Shown one piece after another: positions 36,241 through 48,699 of a stretch of 64,000 nt of DNA (position 1 is the first letter of the stretch; every line of letters begins with the position of its first letter). The notes beneath the pieces were generated by a model. It did not search any database. It was given only the letters and a program-made list of their open reading frames with translations, and was not told the DNA's origin. The position numbers and the translations under genes are program-made. Source of the stretch: Psammoneis japonica (lineage: Eukaryota); NCBI GenBank assembly GCA_008632985.1, contig QPGO01000085.1:248001-312000 (forward strand), written 5' to 3'.

Positions 36241-36300
36241 CAGACCACACTTAGATTAGAATTCCCTAACTGTCACTCTAACTGCCTCAACAGTTCAAAC
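36022..36300 (+). pseudogene. Duplicated 3' end and 3' UTR of the GT61 gene (copy of ~32815-33065)
   Basis: AMMNTRTLERHKQACAMDLTPNVDQILRMI* versus AMMNTRTLEGRKQARAMDLTPDIDQILRMIRR; UTR similarity continues to ctgcctca. Confidence 0.92.
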
Positions 36301-36504
36301 TTTTTACACCGGAGGATTAAAAGGCAGGGTTACAAATAGAGAGGACCACAAAAAAAATTACGGACAGCAACGGCACACTGATGACGGACGTACAGAAGAT
36401 TAATTCGCGCGCGCCGCGCGAAGCTCTCACGCAAATCCTTCGCAACTTGAACTTTTGAACGTGACAACAACCATCGGCGTTTCGACTGCAACAAAAAGCC
36501 AATC

Positions 36505-37110
36505 ATGATGATGAAGGTTTTGCTCTTGTCGTCGTTATTCCTGTCTCAGGCTCTGGCCTTTGCTCCAGTGCCAAGTTCTACCGCTAGACTTGGATTGACG
36601 AGAGTGTACAGCACTGAAGCAGAAGAACCACAAGATCCGTTCGATGCGTACCAACTCGGCCAAAGGGAGATGGCGTTCAAGGACGCCGTCATGGGATCGG
36701 GTGAACCTGCTGAGAATGGTGATGTCTTGACTGTCTCCTTTGTTGGAAAATTGTATCCATCTGGAAAACAGTTCCTTTCCGAAGATGCTTATCCCTTTAC
36801 TGTTGGCGAAGGCAAAACGCTTCCTGGTTTCGACAAGGGCCTTGTTGGAGTAAAAGAGGGATCAACACGTATTCTGAGAGTTCCACCGGGTCTTGCTTAT
36901 GGACCGGGTGGGTCAGGGACCGCTGTGCCAGGAAACGCCGATCTTGAATGGTACGTAGAAGTCAAGAGCATTGCACGAGGACCCATTGAGGGGTTCCTGG
37001 CACGATTCGGAAAGAAGCGAGCCATTGTGTTGGCTGTCGTAGTCACACTCTTTGCGGTGGCACCTACTCTTGACAAGATGATTGCAGACTTACTCAGTGG
37101 TAACAAATAA
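36505..37110 (+). CDS. FKBP-type peptidyl-prolyl isomerase, plastid-targeted
   Basis: Signal peptide plus ALAFAP; FTVGEGKTLPGFDKGLVGVKEGSTRILRVPPGLAYG...VPGNADL; C-terminal TM. Confidence 0.93.
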   Translation: MMMKVLLLSSLFLSQALAFAPVPSSTARLGLTRVYSTEAEEPQDPFDAYQLGQREMAFKDAVMGSGEPAENGDVLTVSFVGKLYPSGKQFLSEDAYPFTVGEGKTLPGFDKGLVGVKEGSTRILRVPPGLAYGPGGSGTAVPGNADLEWYVEVKSIARGPIEGFLARFGKKRAIVLAVVVTLFAVAPTLDKMIADLLSGNK

Positions 37111-37727
37111 ATTGTAGATGCAAGCGCACAGAATGGTGTGCTAATCCTCGCTAGATTTAGTTGGCGCGGGGAAGAATCTAGCACATGTCACAACCTACCT
37201 TAGTAGCCAGAGTATCCGCAGCAGTTGTGCAAACCACTGTCCTTAGGCTAGTCCACGTCATAAATGCACAATATGATGATATCTATACAATGTCGTTACC
37301 GAATCTTAATGAGGTATGCATTGTACTTCAGCGCGATCAGCCGCACGTTGAGAATGCGCCAGATTTCAGAGTCGTGAGTCGTACGCTCTAGAGGAACACC
37401 GTTGCTCTCTAGCGAGAGTTGCTTTAGATGAGGTGCATCTTCTGTATCGCTGGTACCAGTGCCACAATTCAAACAAAATCCGATATCTTCGTTACTAGGC
37501 TAATACCCCATGGTTCCACCTGTACGGTACGGTCCAACCAGGCAGGCAGTGCAGGCAGTCGGAAGGATAACCGCACGTCTGTCCGCAACGCGAGACGCAA
37601 CTGCGCAAAGGATGTGCCGGGTTTTAGATAGGATACACTACTACGACTATTTCGTAGGCCAAGATCCGTCTCCAGTTCGCTTTGAAGGGGCTCAATTAGT
37701 CTCAATATTATTAAGGACCTTACAATG

Positions 37728-38498
37728 TCAACCAAACTTGTCTGTAGCAAAGAGAGTGGTAGCGGCAAGGACAGCAAGTACTCCAACCCGAACAAGATTT
37801 CCCTTGACACCCGCCTGGATAACTTCCATTTCGTTCTCTTCCAAGTCTTCACGATACACTTCAATACCGGGTTGTATAAAAAAGAAGTCCACAATGACAG
37901 CCAATATGGTTACCACTGGTAGCCGGGACATGACGTGTGTCATGAAGGAAGTTACTAAAACATCTTCAGCAAAGGTGCGCACGGTCTCTCCCTCTCCATT
38001 CATGCGGGCAGCTTGGGTGTCTACCGGCAATACACCACGGGTCACTTTGAATCCGGGCATGGCTTGGTCATACTGGGATATCACGGATGGATCCAAAACG
38101 ACTGACCCGTTTGCTTCCATCTTTAACAGGGCCTCTCGGGCTTTTGACGACTCCTGCTTGTCAGCCTCTGTAGCGGTAACAGCTGGCGCAGCTGCACCTC
38201 CACGGGCACCTAGAGCCGATCCAGGGCTTTCCAGAGGCTTGATCGAGTCAGTTTTGTGAACGTACATTGTTGATATCAAGGCAGAAAAGGAGGCTTCTTG
38301 AGATGGAGTCAATGATGGAGTAGCGGTATTTGCTGGTGCCATAACAACAACATTCTGAGGAATCATCATGTTGACTCCCGTACTACTTTTCCGGCTGGAT
38401 TGACGACTCGGAGACACCGGAGAAAAAGCAATTGTTATCAAGGGGAGCGACATTGCCAGCACAAACGCCGTCATGAGTGAAGGCCTTATTTCCCACAT
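37728..38498 (-). CDS. Hypothetical signal-peptide/membrane protein
   Basis: 256-aa ORF; TIAFSP after a hydrophobic N-terminus; two C-terminal hydrophobic segments. Confidence 0.65.
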   Translation of the reverse strand: MWEIRPSLMTAFVLAMSLPLITIAFSPVSPSRQSSRKSSTGVNMMIPQNVVVMAPANTATPSLTPSQEASFSALISTMYVHKTDSIKPLESPGSALGARGGAAAPAVTATEADKQESSKAREALLKMEANGSVVLDPSVISQYDQAMPGFKVTRGVLPVDTQAARMNGEGETVRTFAEDVLVTSFMTHVMSRLPVVTILAVIVDFFFIQPGIEVYREDLEENEMEVIQAGVKGNLVRVGVLAVLAATTLFATDKFG

Positions 38499-39021
38499 CT
38501 TGTGCTTTTGTTTCCGTTGATGTTCAACACAAGCGTTTTGTGTTATTGATTTTTTGTTTGACTCTCAGTACCTCTTGATCAATCGATAGCCGCAAAATTC
38601 TCGAGTATCTAGCCAAATTTTAAGCAGTGTAACAAACAAGCACGAGACAGCGACAAACATGCAACAAGCCTCTGCTACAAAAGCGTCGCTAACAACACTG
38701 CTTTTGATGATGATGTGTCAACAGTCGCGATAACGTTGAATGTGTGATGTTGACTTGCGGTGGATGTGGATCGCGACGCGCGAATAAACGCACGATTTGC
38801 GGAAAGACGTTACTCCACGTGGAAGATTAGAGGCAATCATACCAGGTAAGTAAGAGCTCAGAGCTCGTTGCATCGTCCGTATTTCGTACGATATTTTCGC
38901 GCCATTTTTTGGAAACATTTGCGGCGTGCCGGCGCGCGACAAAGAGAGGAGAAAAAACAAAGATCCAACACAACACACAGTCTGAAGTCGCACACCAAGA
39001 AAGCCATTGAAGAAAGCCACC

Positions 39022-39839
39022 ATGTCCACCAACGTCGCCGTTACCCCCACCGACACCAGTGGTGATGCTGTCGTTCCTGAGTCAGTGAAGAGTGACAATG
39101 ATCGAAAGCGCAAAGCCGAAGAACAACGCGGTCGCAACGACGAAGTACATAAGGAAATCTCTGACGATGAAGAAGGACGTTCGATCGAACAGCTCGCTTG
39201 GGAAGACTTATGGAGTGAAAACTTTGCTACTGTGGCCAAAGCAACAGCCCATCTTGCTCGTATGACTGAGGTGGGTGGTTCAGATTCCGATCGAAAGACC
39301 ATCTATGATGGTACTGGACATGGTGCCCTCCTTCTTAAGAATATCGAAAAATCTATGAACGATGCCGAGCGGCTTGATTTCGTTACTGAAACTCTTTCCT
39401 TGCTCAGGTTCATTGCCAGCGAAAGATGCAAATACAGTCGTGTTCTTGCAGACGAGACTCCCAAGATTCTTGAAATTCTCATCAAGGTTCTTCAGAAGCT
39501 TCCTCAAGATGCGGTTTCCTCCGCCGAAGTCTGTTGTATCTTGGCTTACTTGACTTGCAACAACGAACGCTTCAGGAATAAAGTCGTTGAAGCTGGCGTG
39601 ATTGCGTTGGCCGTCGAACTTATGGAAAGGTTCAGTGACAAAAAATTTGTGCAAAAGCACTGTTGTGGTTTGCTTATCCGTCTTTGAACATCAAGGAAAG
39701 AGAAATGAAAAAAGTTCTTGACGCAGCCAATGCTGCCAACGCCTTAACAGCGGTTGCCCGCGCCAAGGATAATTTCCGAAACGATGAAGAAATTAAGCGA
39801 TGCACCACAACGTGCATCAAGCTCTTGAACGAGAACTGA
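39022..39839 (+). CDS. ARM-like protein, paralogue of 58660-59460; frameshift at ~39685
   Basis: QLAWEDLWSENF, TGHGALLLKNIE; shifted frame continues ...AANALTAVARAKDNFRNDEEIKRCTTTCIKLLNEN* like the paralogue. Confidence 0.75.
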
Positions 39840-40479
39840 AGGAAATTGCAGCAAAAAAAAAAAAAAAACAGAATCTTTCTTAATTGCCTTATTAGAAATC
39901 AAGTCTTGTAGTATTGCGTTGCGTTCTCCCCTTAGGTATGTGCGGAGCCCTCTAAGGAAAACGAAACTACGCTGATCTCTGACTTATGAGTAGACCTTAC
40001 AAAATACCAACCCCTCGTAGACTTTAGCTACGCAACTTGATCGCAGTAGCTCATACTCTTCTGGCTCGTTTTAGCGCACAAGTCACACGAAGAGATACCG
40101 CATACTGTAGACAATGGCCGCTAAACCTAAGACCGATTTCGTTTCATATTCATTACTCTACAGCTTTACTTTAGAATTTTATAACCAATACAAGACCATA
40201 ATTGGACGCGTGATCTTGCCATTTAGAATCCACAATAAACAAAATGGTGTTGCTGATATCGCCAATGCCTTGAACAGCAGCTTCTCTTTCGCCACGGCAA
40301 CTTTGTCAAGTTCGTCCACAAGTCGCCTTCGCTCTGCCATCGCTGAGCAGCTACCGTAGTCACCACCAGGGCTCAAGTTGTAGTGAATGATAACATAACC
40401 AACACCTACAGAACAAGCTACATGCAGCACTCTTCGCCTCCCATCCGCCCTCCTTTAGTTGCACGCAACGCGAAGGAGC

Positions 40480-40895
40480 ATGCTTTGATAACTCTCTTTA
40501 TGTTATTGGTCATCACGTAAAACCAAGCTACGGAAATTTTCTCTCGCCGAAGTCTACTGCGGAAACACCTGTTGCGTGTTGGCAGGTGAGACGGATGGCA
40601 AAAACGACGACGTTGTGATCAAGCTGTGTCATTCTGGGGCCATTCCATCCGTCGTTCAATGTATGGCTAAATTCATGCTTTATTTATGAGGCTGTGCAAG
40701 CTTTCGGCTCTTGCGTTACTCTGACGTCTGATAGCGAGCAAGAAGGAAATGAAAAGGATTGTCGATGCAGCCCGCCAGTGCTGCCAACGCCTTGTCTGTG
40801 CTTGTCCGCGCCAAGGATAATTTCAAAAACAGTACAAAAAAAGCATCAGGAAGAACACCACGAACTGCATCAAAATTTTGAATGAGAACAGAATG
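40480..40895 (+). pseudogene. Frameshifted fragment of the same ARM-like family
   Basis: gctgccaacgccttgtctgtgcttgtccgcgccaaggataatttc...tgcatcaaaattttgaatgagaac matches 39730-39839. Confidence 0.75.
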
Positions 40896-41329
40896 AGGAC
40901 TGAGGACTGATGACTCCTTCTCCAACAGCATGCGGTGACCACTGCACTGCATTCTCTCATTGATGTCCGCTGACCCTGTGGAAAGACCTTACGTAGGCGA
41001 CTCCCGAGTTGCGCCTTACAAATCGCCATCTCCTCGAGTATGCTGCTCATACTCTTTCGTTGAGTAGCCCGTTCCAGTTCTATTCGCTCTTCTTATCCTG
41101 TGCGAGCTAGCTTGATCCTTCAAGAATGGTTGGCGCACGACCAACAACAAACCGCTCCGCTAAACTACCATGAATCGTAGTCAATGTCATCGGCGTCCTT
41201 TGTAGTCTCGTTGGTCTGCGCAATACATCGAGATGTAACAGGAATTGAGATGACATTGAAGCAGATCCGCATATAAGCAGCATACCCAGATCACAGCTGG
41301 TGAATTGACATTAGGTGCCGTCGTTCGTT

Positions 41330-42262
41330 TCAACTGTGCCTTGAGCGTGCAACGTTCTCATCCAGAAAGGCAGCAAGTGCTTCGAGGCCTTGCACAGAGT
41401 TGGTGGCAATCGGGTGGTAGTTTTGAACGCTCTCGCCACTTTCCATGGATTGACACTCAGAGTGGCTAGGGTTGATTCGAATCAAAGTATCGCCTCGAGA
41501 GGAGTCCGCTAGCCTCTCTGCCTTGTATCGGATTGACGGCACGACTGTGCCTGCTCCAATTTCCAAGACGATCCACGTTTGGTTTAGCGTTAAAAACTTG
41601 TCGAGTCGCTTCTGTTGTTCGGAAAAGCGAGAGTACAGCAGTGTATCGTCCCCAAATATCATCACGTTTGGACGTAAACAGCGCTTGCTGCATTTGGGAC
41701 ACATTGGTACCCAACTCGTGTCTGCCTGCAGTCGATCAAGATGATCTAGTGTCTTGTACAACTCTGTCGAGCAAGGCCCAGCGCACTGGAGAAAGGCGAG
41801 AGAGCCATGAATCTCCTGAATGTTTACATCGTCATCATTGGCAAGGTCGCCCCGTAAATGCAGTCCATCACAGTTGGATGTAATTACAAATGTTTTGGAC
41901 GGCCCAAAGTGATCCATGATTCGGTCAAGTGCTTTGTAGTCGTCGCCTCGTTCAACAAGAGCTCTCAAGATGCGCCAACGCCAGTACTGCCAAGCCTCTT
42001 TCATGGTTTCGTTTCGAAACATTTCAGGAACAGAAAACGAAAACCAATCGTCCGCGGGTGGAAGACCAGCGCTACGACGTGCTCTGTTGTAATTTTCGAG
42101 AAACGACTGGAATTCCGCCGACATGCTTCCATCGGACATGCGAAAGACTGGCACTCCTGAGTTTACTGACATTCCTGCACCAGTCAACACGAGTAGACCG
42201 TGGCCATTTTGGTAGGCAGACAAGAGTACCTCGCAGGCTTCTTTCAAGGCGGGATCTGTCAT
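41330..42262 (-). CDS. Sirtuin (SIR2-family NAD-dependent deacylase)
   Basis: LTGAGMSVNSGVPVFR, ITSNCDGLH, EIHGSL..LQC...C, P.CPKC...LRPNVMIFGD, LEIGAG, IRINP. Confidence 0.95.
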   Translation of the reverse strand: MTDPALKEACEVLLSAYQNGHGLLVLTGAGMSVNSGVPVFRMSDGSMSAEFQSFLENYNRARRSAGLPPADDWFSFSVPEMFRNETMKEAWQYWRWRILRALVERGDDYKALDRIMDHFGPSKTFVITSNCDGLHLRGDLANDDDVNIQEIHGSLAFLQCAGPCSTELYKTLDHLDRLQADTSWVPMCPKCSKRCLRPNVMIFGDDTLLYSRFSEQQKRLDKFLTLNQTWIVLEIGAGTVVPSIRYKAERLADSSRGDTLIRINPSHSECQSMESGESVQNYHPIATNSVQGLEALAAFLDENVARSRHS

Positions 42263-42477
42263 GGTCGGAGTCGGTGTCGACCGCGAACGCGACTCACTTT
42301 GTGGGGGTTTGGTGAGCGCTGGAAAGTGGAAAGACGACGACTCGACGTCTTTTGCACACGCACGGCGTACGGCAAAATTGCACTGACAACCCCCCCCCCC
42401 CCCAATGCACTGACAGGCAGACTTTTTTCAGCTGGCAGCTGGCCGCGGCTGGAGACATCCTCCCCCAGTGTGTTGGG

Positions 42478-43080
42478 GTGTTTCTCCAGTGTGCCAATGT
42501 TTTCTGCCAAGTTTCCATGCAAGTTTCAGTGCAAATTCTACATGTTGCAAAAATCATTTCTGGTGGCTGACCTCCCAATCTCCCAGCTGCTCTCCGCTCG
42601 CATCTGCCAAGCTGCGGTGTTGCCCCTCTTTTCACTGTCTTTTCAAGTTTTCTCTGCTTTGTGTGGTGAACAACCTTTTTTCGTCACCACTCCCAGAAGT
42701 TTGCAGAACTTGAGTGCAACTCATGCATTGGATGTTCTCCAGCATGCCAATGTTTTCTGCCAAAATTCTGCACAAGTTTCAGCGCAAATTCTGTGTGTTG
42801 CAAAAATTGTTTCTCATGTGGCCCACCTCCGCTCACATCTGTCAAGCTGCAATGACCTGCCCCTCTTCTCTGCTGTCTTTTTGAGAAGTTCTCTGCTTTG
42901 TGTGGTGAACAACTTTCTCTTTTGTTGCTGCTGCCGGAAGTTTGAACTTGAGATCAACTCGTCATTGGTGCGCAAGTTGGCTGTTCTCCCATGTGCCAAT
43001 GCTCTTTTCTGCCTGCACGCCAATTTTCCTGTCAAGTTTCTGTGCAAGTTTTGGCACAAATCCCAGAAGAGATTTTTGGC
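42478..43080. repeat. Degenerate ~250-bp subterminal-type tandem repeat (2 copies plus a partial)
   Basis: ttctccag[tg/ca]tgccaatgttttctgccaa...caaattct[acat/gtgt]gttgcaaaaat at ~42482 and ~42734, partial at ~42985. Confidence 0.8.
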
Positions 43081-44639
43081 TTTGTTCCTGTGGTTTCAGG
43101 AGCTTTGAAGGTGGCAAGTCAAAATGTGGATGCTGCCTTTTGCAGCTCCATTTCCCCAGCTGGCCCCTGTGGGTGCCACTCCTTGGTGGTGCCTGTCTTG
43201 GCTGACAACGACACATCTCTGCCACACATCACAGTGCACTGGGGGTGTGGGCTGGTTTGTTGCCCAGCTTGCTGGGTGGAAGTGTGGCAGCACAGTTCAA
43301 AACAAAAAAAAACAGATTTTGGTTTCTTTCCAGCCATGAAGGGGTGTCAGAAGGCAGGGGGGGGCATGGTGAGATGGTGGAACTCCATTTGGTTCATCAT
43401 CAAATGTTTGTTCTTTTTCTCATTCAAAGTTCAACTGTGCATGACAAAAATCTTCTTAAAATGTGTGGGTTTGGCGCAGATCAAAACAAGGCATTTTGTG
43501 ATCACAAGACTGACGACAATCTGCGCTGCTCCCAGAATGCCTGGATGGCTTCAGTCAAGCCATTTCAACAGCTTGAGAAATGGTTTGATGCATTGCAGAC
43601 AAGTGCTGTTCATTGTTGCTTGGTCCAGATCTTTGCAATGGTGGAGGGTGGACTTTGGCTTGCAAAATTGAGCACATGATGTCATGAGCGCCAGTCCTGC
43701 ACCATGCTGCATGACTTGAGTTTTCCACCATCTTTTCAGGATTGGGTGATGCAGCACTTTTGTGGCATGCATTGCTCCACTGTCAACCCAAACTGGTGAA
43801 AAGCATCTACACAGCCTGTTGCCACCAGATGCACAGACAAGCTTTTTGTTGATTGTCAGCACACAACTTGCACCCAACCACAAAATGTTCATGCTCCAAA
43901 ATTCCACCATCTTTCTGTGTCTCCTTCCTGGGTTGCACCCAAGGAACTCATCACAGAGTTGGGTGCAAGCTTCAGACAATTGAGCCACTGTCATTGTTCA
44001 CACAAGACAGTGCAGCTTCCAATGTTGATGACAGCATTGGGTGACCATTCAGCGTTGATGTCATGGTTTTTCCATGCATCAATGCAGCGGCCATGCAAGA
44101 TGAGGCAACGAAATGCTTGAGGGTGTCCAGACTGCTTTGTTCACAAAGCCAGGCAAATCCAAAACACACTCTCTCCAGAGACAAAGTTTGTCACTTTTGC
44201 TGGGGTGCACTCTCTCTTGGTCCTGCAGCTGCTCAGCTCTCTTGTTTGAACAACTTCCAAAGTGTTTTGTCGATGTGTTGATGCCTTGGTGGAAGAAATG
44301 CTGCTCAGACAGGCCGAAACTGTGCTGGTGGCAAACCAGATTGACAGGTGTGGCAGAGAGGGCATTGGCATTTGGATGATGGCAAGCTGGCCATCAGTGG
44401 TTGTGTGTTGCAGCATGTCCATGTTCACCACTCTCAATCCACACTCTTTTTTCTTTTCAGCTGCATCTCATCTTTTGTTTCTTCTTCAGTTTTGTTGGTG
44501 TTTGGCTCATCTTTTGTTTCTTCTTTTTTTTTAATTTTGTGCACTGACTGTTTGGCTTTCTGTGGCCACTCATGCAGATCTTAACTGAGATGATGCAATG
44601 TTGCTGTTTCAGGGTTGTCTGATGTGCGATGTTTTGATG

Positions 44640-44880
44640 CAATGTTGCTTCCTGGGTTGTTGCTGTCTGAGCTGTTGCTTGCTGAGCTTCCTTCTCTGCA
44701 GCACAGTTTGCAAGCCCTGTTGCTTCCTGAGCTGTTGCTTCTTAGTCATCACTTCCTGAGCTGTTGCTTCCTGAACTCCCTTCTTCACAACAAGGTTCAT
44801 GAGCCCTGTTCCTTCCTGAGCTGTTGCTTCCTGAGTCATTGCTTTCTGAGCTGTTTCTTCCTGAAGAGCTGTTGCTGCAG
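44640..44880. repeat. Degenerate minisatellite (ctgagctgttgcttc units)
   Basis: Recurrent ctgagctgttgcttc; minus strand reads as QEATAQE repeats. Confidence 0.8.
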
Positions 44881-47800
44881 TGCACTTCACAATCTTTTTG
44901 GGTGCCCTTTGATGGAGCCCTGGGCAGAGACAAGACACATGCAAATGCAAAGATGAGCCACAAACATCCAGAATGTCCATGCACATTGTTGACAAAGTGG
45001 TGGGCAACAACAAATTGCTGGACTGACACAGAGCTGAACCATGCACACTGGGCACCTTCCACAACAATGGAAGCAGCCACAACAAAGTTAAGGAGGGAGA
45101 GACAAAGCTTCTTGTTCAAGCAAGAAGTCTCATTGCTGTCATGCTTTTTCCCTTTTTGTGACTTCAAATGTTCACTTGCCTTCCTTGTGGCTTGTGGGAT
45201 TTTGCATGTCTCAGAGTTTTGTGCTCCCCAACCATGCAAAAATCACAATGAGATGACAGGATGCAATTGCAACCACACAGTGTGACACCTCATTTGCACC
45301 TGAATCTTTTATGTTAGATTTTGCCTTGACAATGAAAACCTTCACTTCATGTGAGCATTTGTTTCAAGACTTGTGCCTGCTGCAATGACCAATGTTGTGC
45401 ATCTGATGGTCTCTCACAACTTTGCAACACAGTGGTTTTTGAATTTTTGCTGCATGCATGGTGTGACACTTGCGCACAATGTGAGGTTGCACCGTGCAAT
45501 GCCAGTGTCTCATTTGAGACTTCAAGCACCAACACAGCCAACAGGGCTCCAGCAAAACCAAGCAAAGTCAGTTGTGCTGCACAACAATTGACTGCCACAC
45601 TAAAGCTGCCAGCTCAAGTTGAAGAGAAAAGATGCTTCAACTGCTTGTGGTCACACTTGCACTGCAGTCATGGCAACAACATGCATGCATGCACAACCAC
45701 AAAAACAGCATTTCTGAAGCTGTGCACCAGGGCTGTGTGGACTTCTCATGTGGAAGTGAACCCCGCCATTGTGTGCAAGATGATGAGCTCACCATGGCTC
45801 CATTGTTGCCCACTGTGCTGTGCCTTCAATGGCAGCTTGAGCAAGAGCAACAGACTCTTCTTTCTTTGCTTTAGATGGTCAATGCTTGGCTTTGACAAAG
45901 AGGCAAGCAGCTTGGTCATTTGGCAACAATGCCAGCTGTGGCTTCAAATGGCGTGCACCACATTTGTTTGTCACACTGTCTTGACTCTTCCTGCCACAAT
46001 CCATCTGAGAAACAAAGCAGCCAAAAACTCTGCAAGCACTGCCAGCAGCAACTCCCTTTTGTTGCCGCTTTGCAGATCAGACAAGTGCCTTGAGATGGAA
46101 CTTCAAATGGTGTGCTTGTCTGCACATGGTCACCTTTGTCTTTGAATCATCTCTCAAGTTTGCAGTGTCCATGGAGACTCTGCCACCTCTTTGTCCTCTG
46201 TGTGGCAGCAAACACACTTCTGTGCATGACAGCTGCTGGTGCAGACCCATCATGTGGCAGCATGAGCTTGCTTCAGTGACTCTGCTTTTGTCAGCCACAG
46301 CAGCACCTTGCAGAGTGGCTTGCACGAGAACAAAAAAAATCATTTGCTTTCTTGCACTTGAACATGCAGCACTTGTCTGCAATGTGGAAGTGTGTCAGCA
46401 CAGCAGCCCCTCAAGGAAAAGTGGGCTGCTGCAAGAACTGCTGGACATGTGCAAAAATCTGTTGCTTGTGTTTTGCTTGCTTGCTGCTCATTTGACTTTC
46501 AGCAGCAACATTGTTGATTCTTTCTCAATGTCATCTTGAGTTGAGTTTCAAGAGAGCTTCTGAAGCAAGCACACACAAGATGACAAGTTTGATGATCCCC
46601 TTTCTGTTGCTTGGATGAACAACGTTTGATTTTGAGGCTGGGCAGCAACTTTGATGTGGAATGCTTGGAGCTTTTGGCAGCTCAGCGCCAAATGCAAGCA
46701 TTTCAAACCAATGCACAAAGGCATGTGTCTTTTCCTGCTCAAACAACTGTGGCATTTTTGATGATCACAGATGGAAGGTGGCAGAGCACTCGTGCTTTAG
46801 GAAACAAGCTTGCACCTCTGACGCAGAGTGAACATGCTTTTGCAGCTCTGTGAGCCACAGATGGCAAGTGCTTTGAGTTTTAAACTCCAACAGTGTGTTT
46901 GTCTGCACATTGCCTTCTTTGCACTCAAAAAATTCCCCTCTTCAAGCTCATTGCCATGAGAAATCTGTTGCTCACAACACCCAAGACACCCAACATGCAC
47001 AACATGATGCACAACTTGCACCAGCACTTTGCAACACTCTCATTGGCAGCAGCATGGTTGCTCAGGATGTCATCATTCACAAGGCAAGCAGGCATCCCAG
47101 CATGCATTTTGCCACTCTTGTTTGCTCACTTTTGCTTTTCCTGGTTCTTCACAGACTTGCTGATGCTCTCCATCTCTGTGCGCCTGTCACAATTTCTTGA
47201 AGTTCTGTGGAGTGCATGACAAGTCTTGGCCACTTCTGCACAGATGGCATGCTGGCACTGTTTCTTTTTTTCAACTTGGCACCAACTCGCACTTGTGCTG
47301 AGAACTCTCCACAGTGAGGGCTGACTTGAGCCAATTTCCATTTGACAAAACTTGCCTCCAAGCCTGACGTGACTTTGTGATGCTGCCTTCATGCTGACCC
47401 ACTGCCCTTTGGCACCTCTTGGTTGCTCTTTCACAGAGCTGATGTTTGGAGCAAGACTTCTTGACTTGCTGGAAAAGCCCCTTTGCATTCAGCAAAACTC
47501 TGGCAAAAAGAAGCACAGTGTCCAGCTGTTGTTGAGGAGGGCAGGCAGGCAGCAGCTTGCTTGTTCTTTTTTGCATTGCAAGCCCCAGTGTGACTTGCTT
47601 TTGGCAATGCAAACCCCAACATGCTTCTTCAGCAATTGGTTGTAATGTCAGAGTGGCTGTTTGTGCACACATGTGCTTGCACATGGCTGCTCACACATGC
47701 TTCCCTTGCATTGTCTGCAGTGGTCAAGGCCATCTTGCTGCTCTCTGACTTCTGCCACACACTGGCTGGCAGAAATTTCTTTAGATCACACCAATGGAAG

Positions 47801-48699
47801 GGTTGGCAAGAAGCACTGCCACAGCAAAAACACACCATGGGGCTGCTGTTTTGCATCAAAGTGCTGCAACAAAAATTTCTTTACACCACAGCTGTGCAGA
47901 ACCCAGCACACTCTGACGAATGACAAGACATGTGGCCAGATGCATCTGACAAGAGAATTTTGGATTTGACCATCCACAAATGTGTTGGTCATGGGTGTCA
48001 TTTTGTCATGATGCTGAAAAACAAAAACAAGCTCAGGAGTGTGTGTCATGTGCACAGATGTGCTGCCTGCAATGGCCCTCTGGGGAGCACATGCAAGGAG
48101 GCACAGCATGATGATCTTGACAGTGCAAACAGTCATTCCTTGAGCAGCACATGTGAGGTGCATTCAAAAGCTGTGTCACAAAGTCAGGTTGTGAGCTGTG
48201 TGCAGTGAGTCCACATGCAGCTGTGCACAAAATGACCAAGAAAAAGAAGTGTTGCATTGTGCAGAGCATGCTCAACATTGTGGGGGCATGTCAACACAAT
48301 GACCCAAAAAAGAGCAGCTGCATTGTGCAGAGCATGTCCAACACTCTGTGGGGGCATGTCAAATTGGTCAAGTCACCACCAAATTGGCTGACCACACATT
48401 GACTGAGCACACATGTTGTCTCTGACCTCCTCTTAAAGTTTGGCACAAGGGCAGGAGACAGAGAAACAAACTGCACAATGAGCACTGAGGCGCACCAGCA
48501 AAAACAAACTTTCAATGCAAACAGGCATCAGTTTGCCAGCACACAGGGCATCTCACCCACACAAAGAAAAGTGCAAGGAGCACCATTGGCAAAGAAATCT
48601 CTCCAAGAAAGAAGGCACACTCACACATGCATGCAGCATCTGTTGCTTGGATCTTGGGCAAAAAAATGTGCACATGGCAAGCATGCCCAGCAGTCATCT

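Noticed and set aside
39853..39868. Poly-A after the ARM gene as evidence of a retrocopy
   Set aside because: Only ~13 bp after the stop, no TSD found, and paralogues are also intronless; insufficient support.
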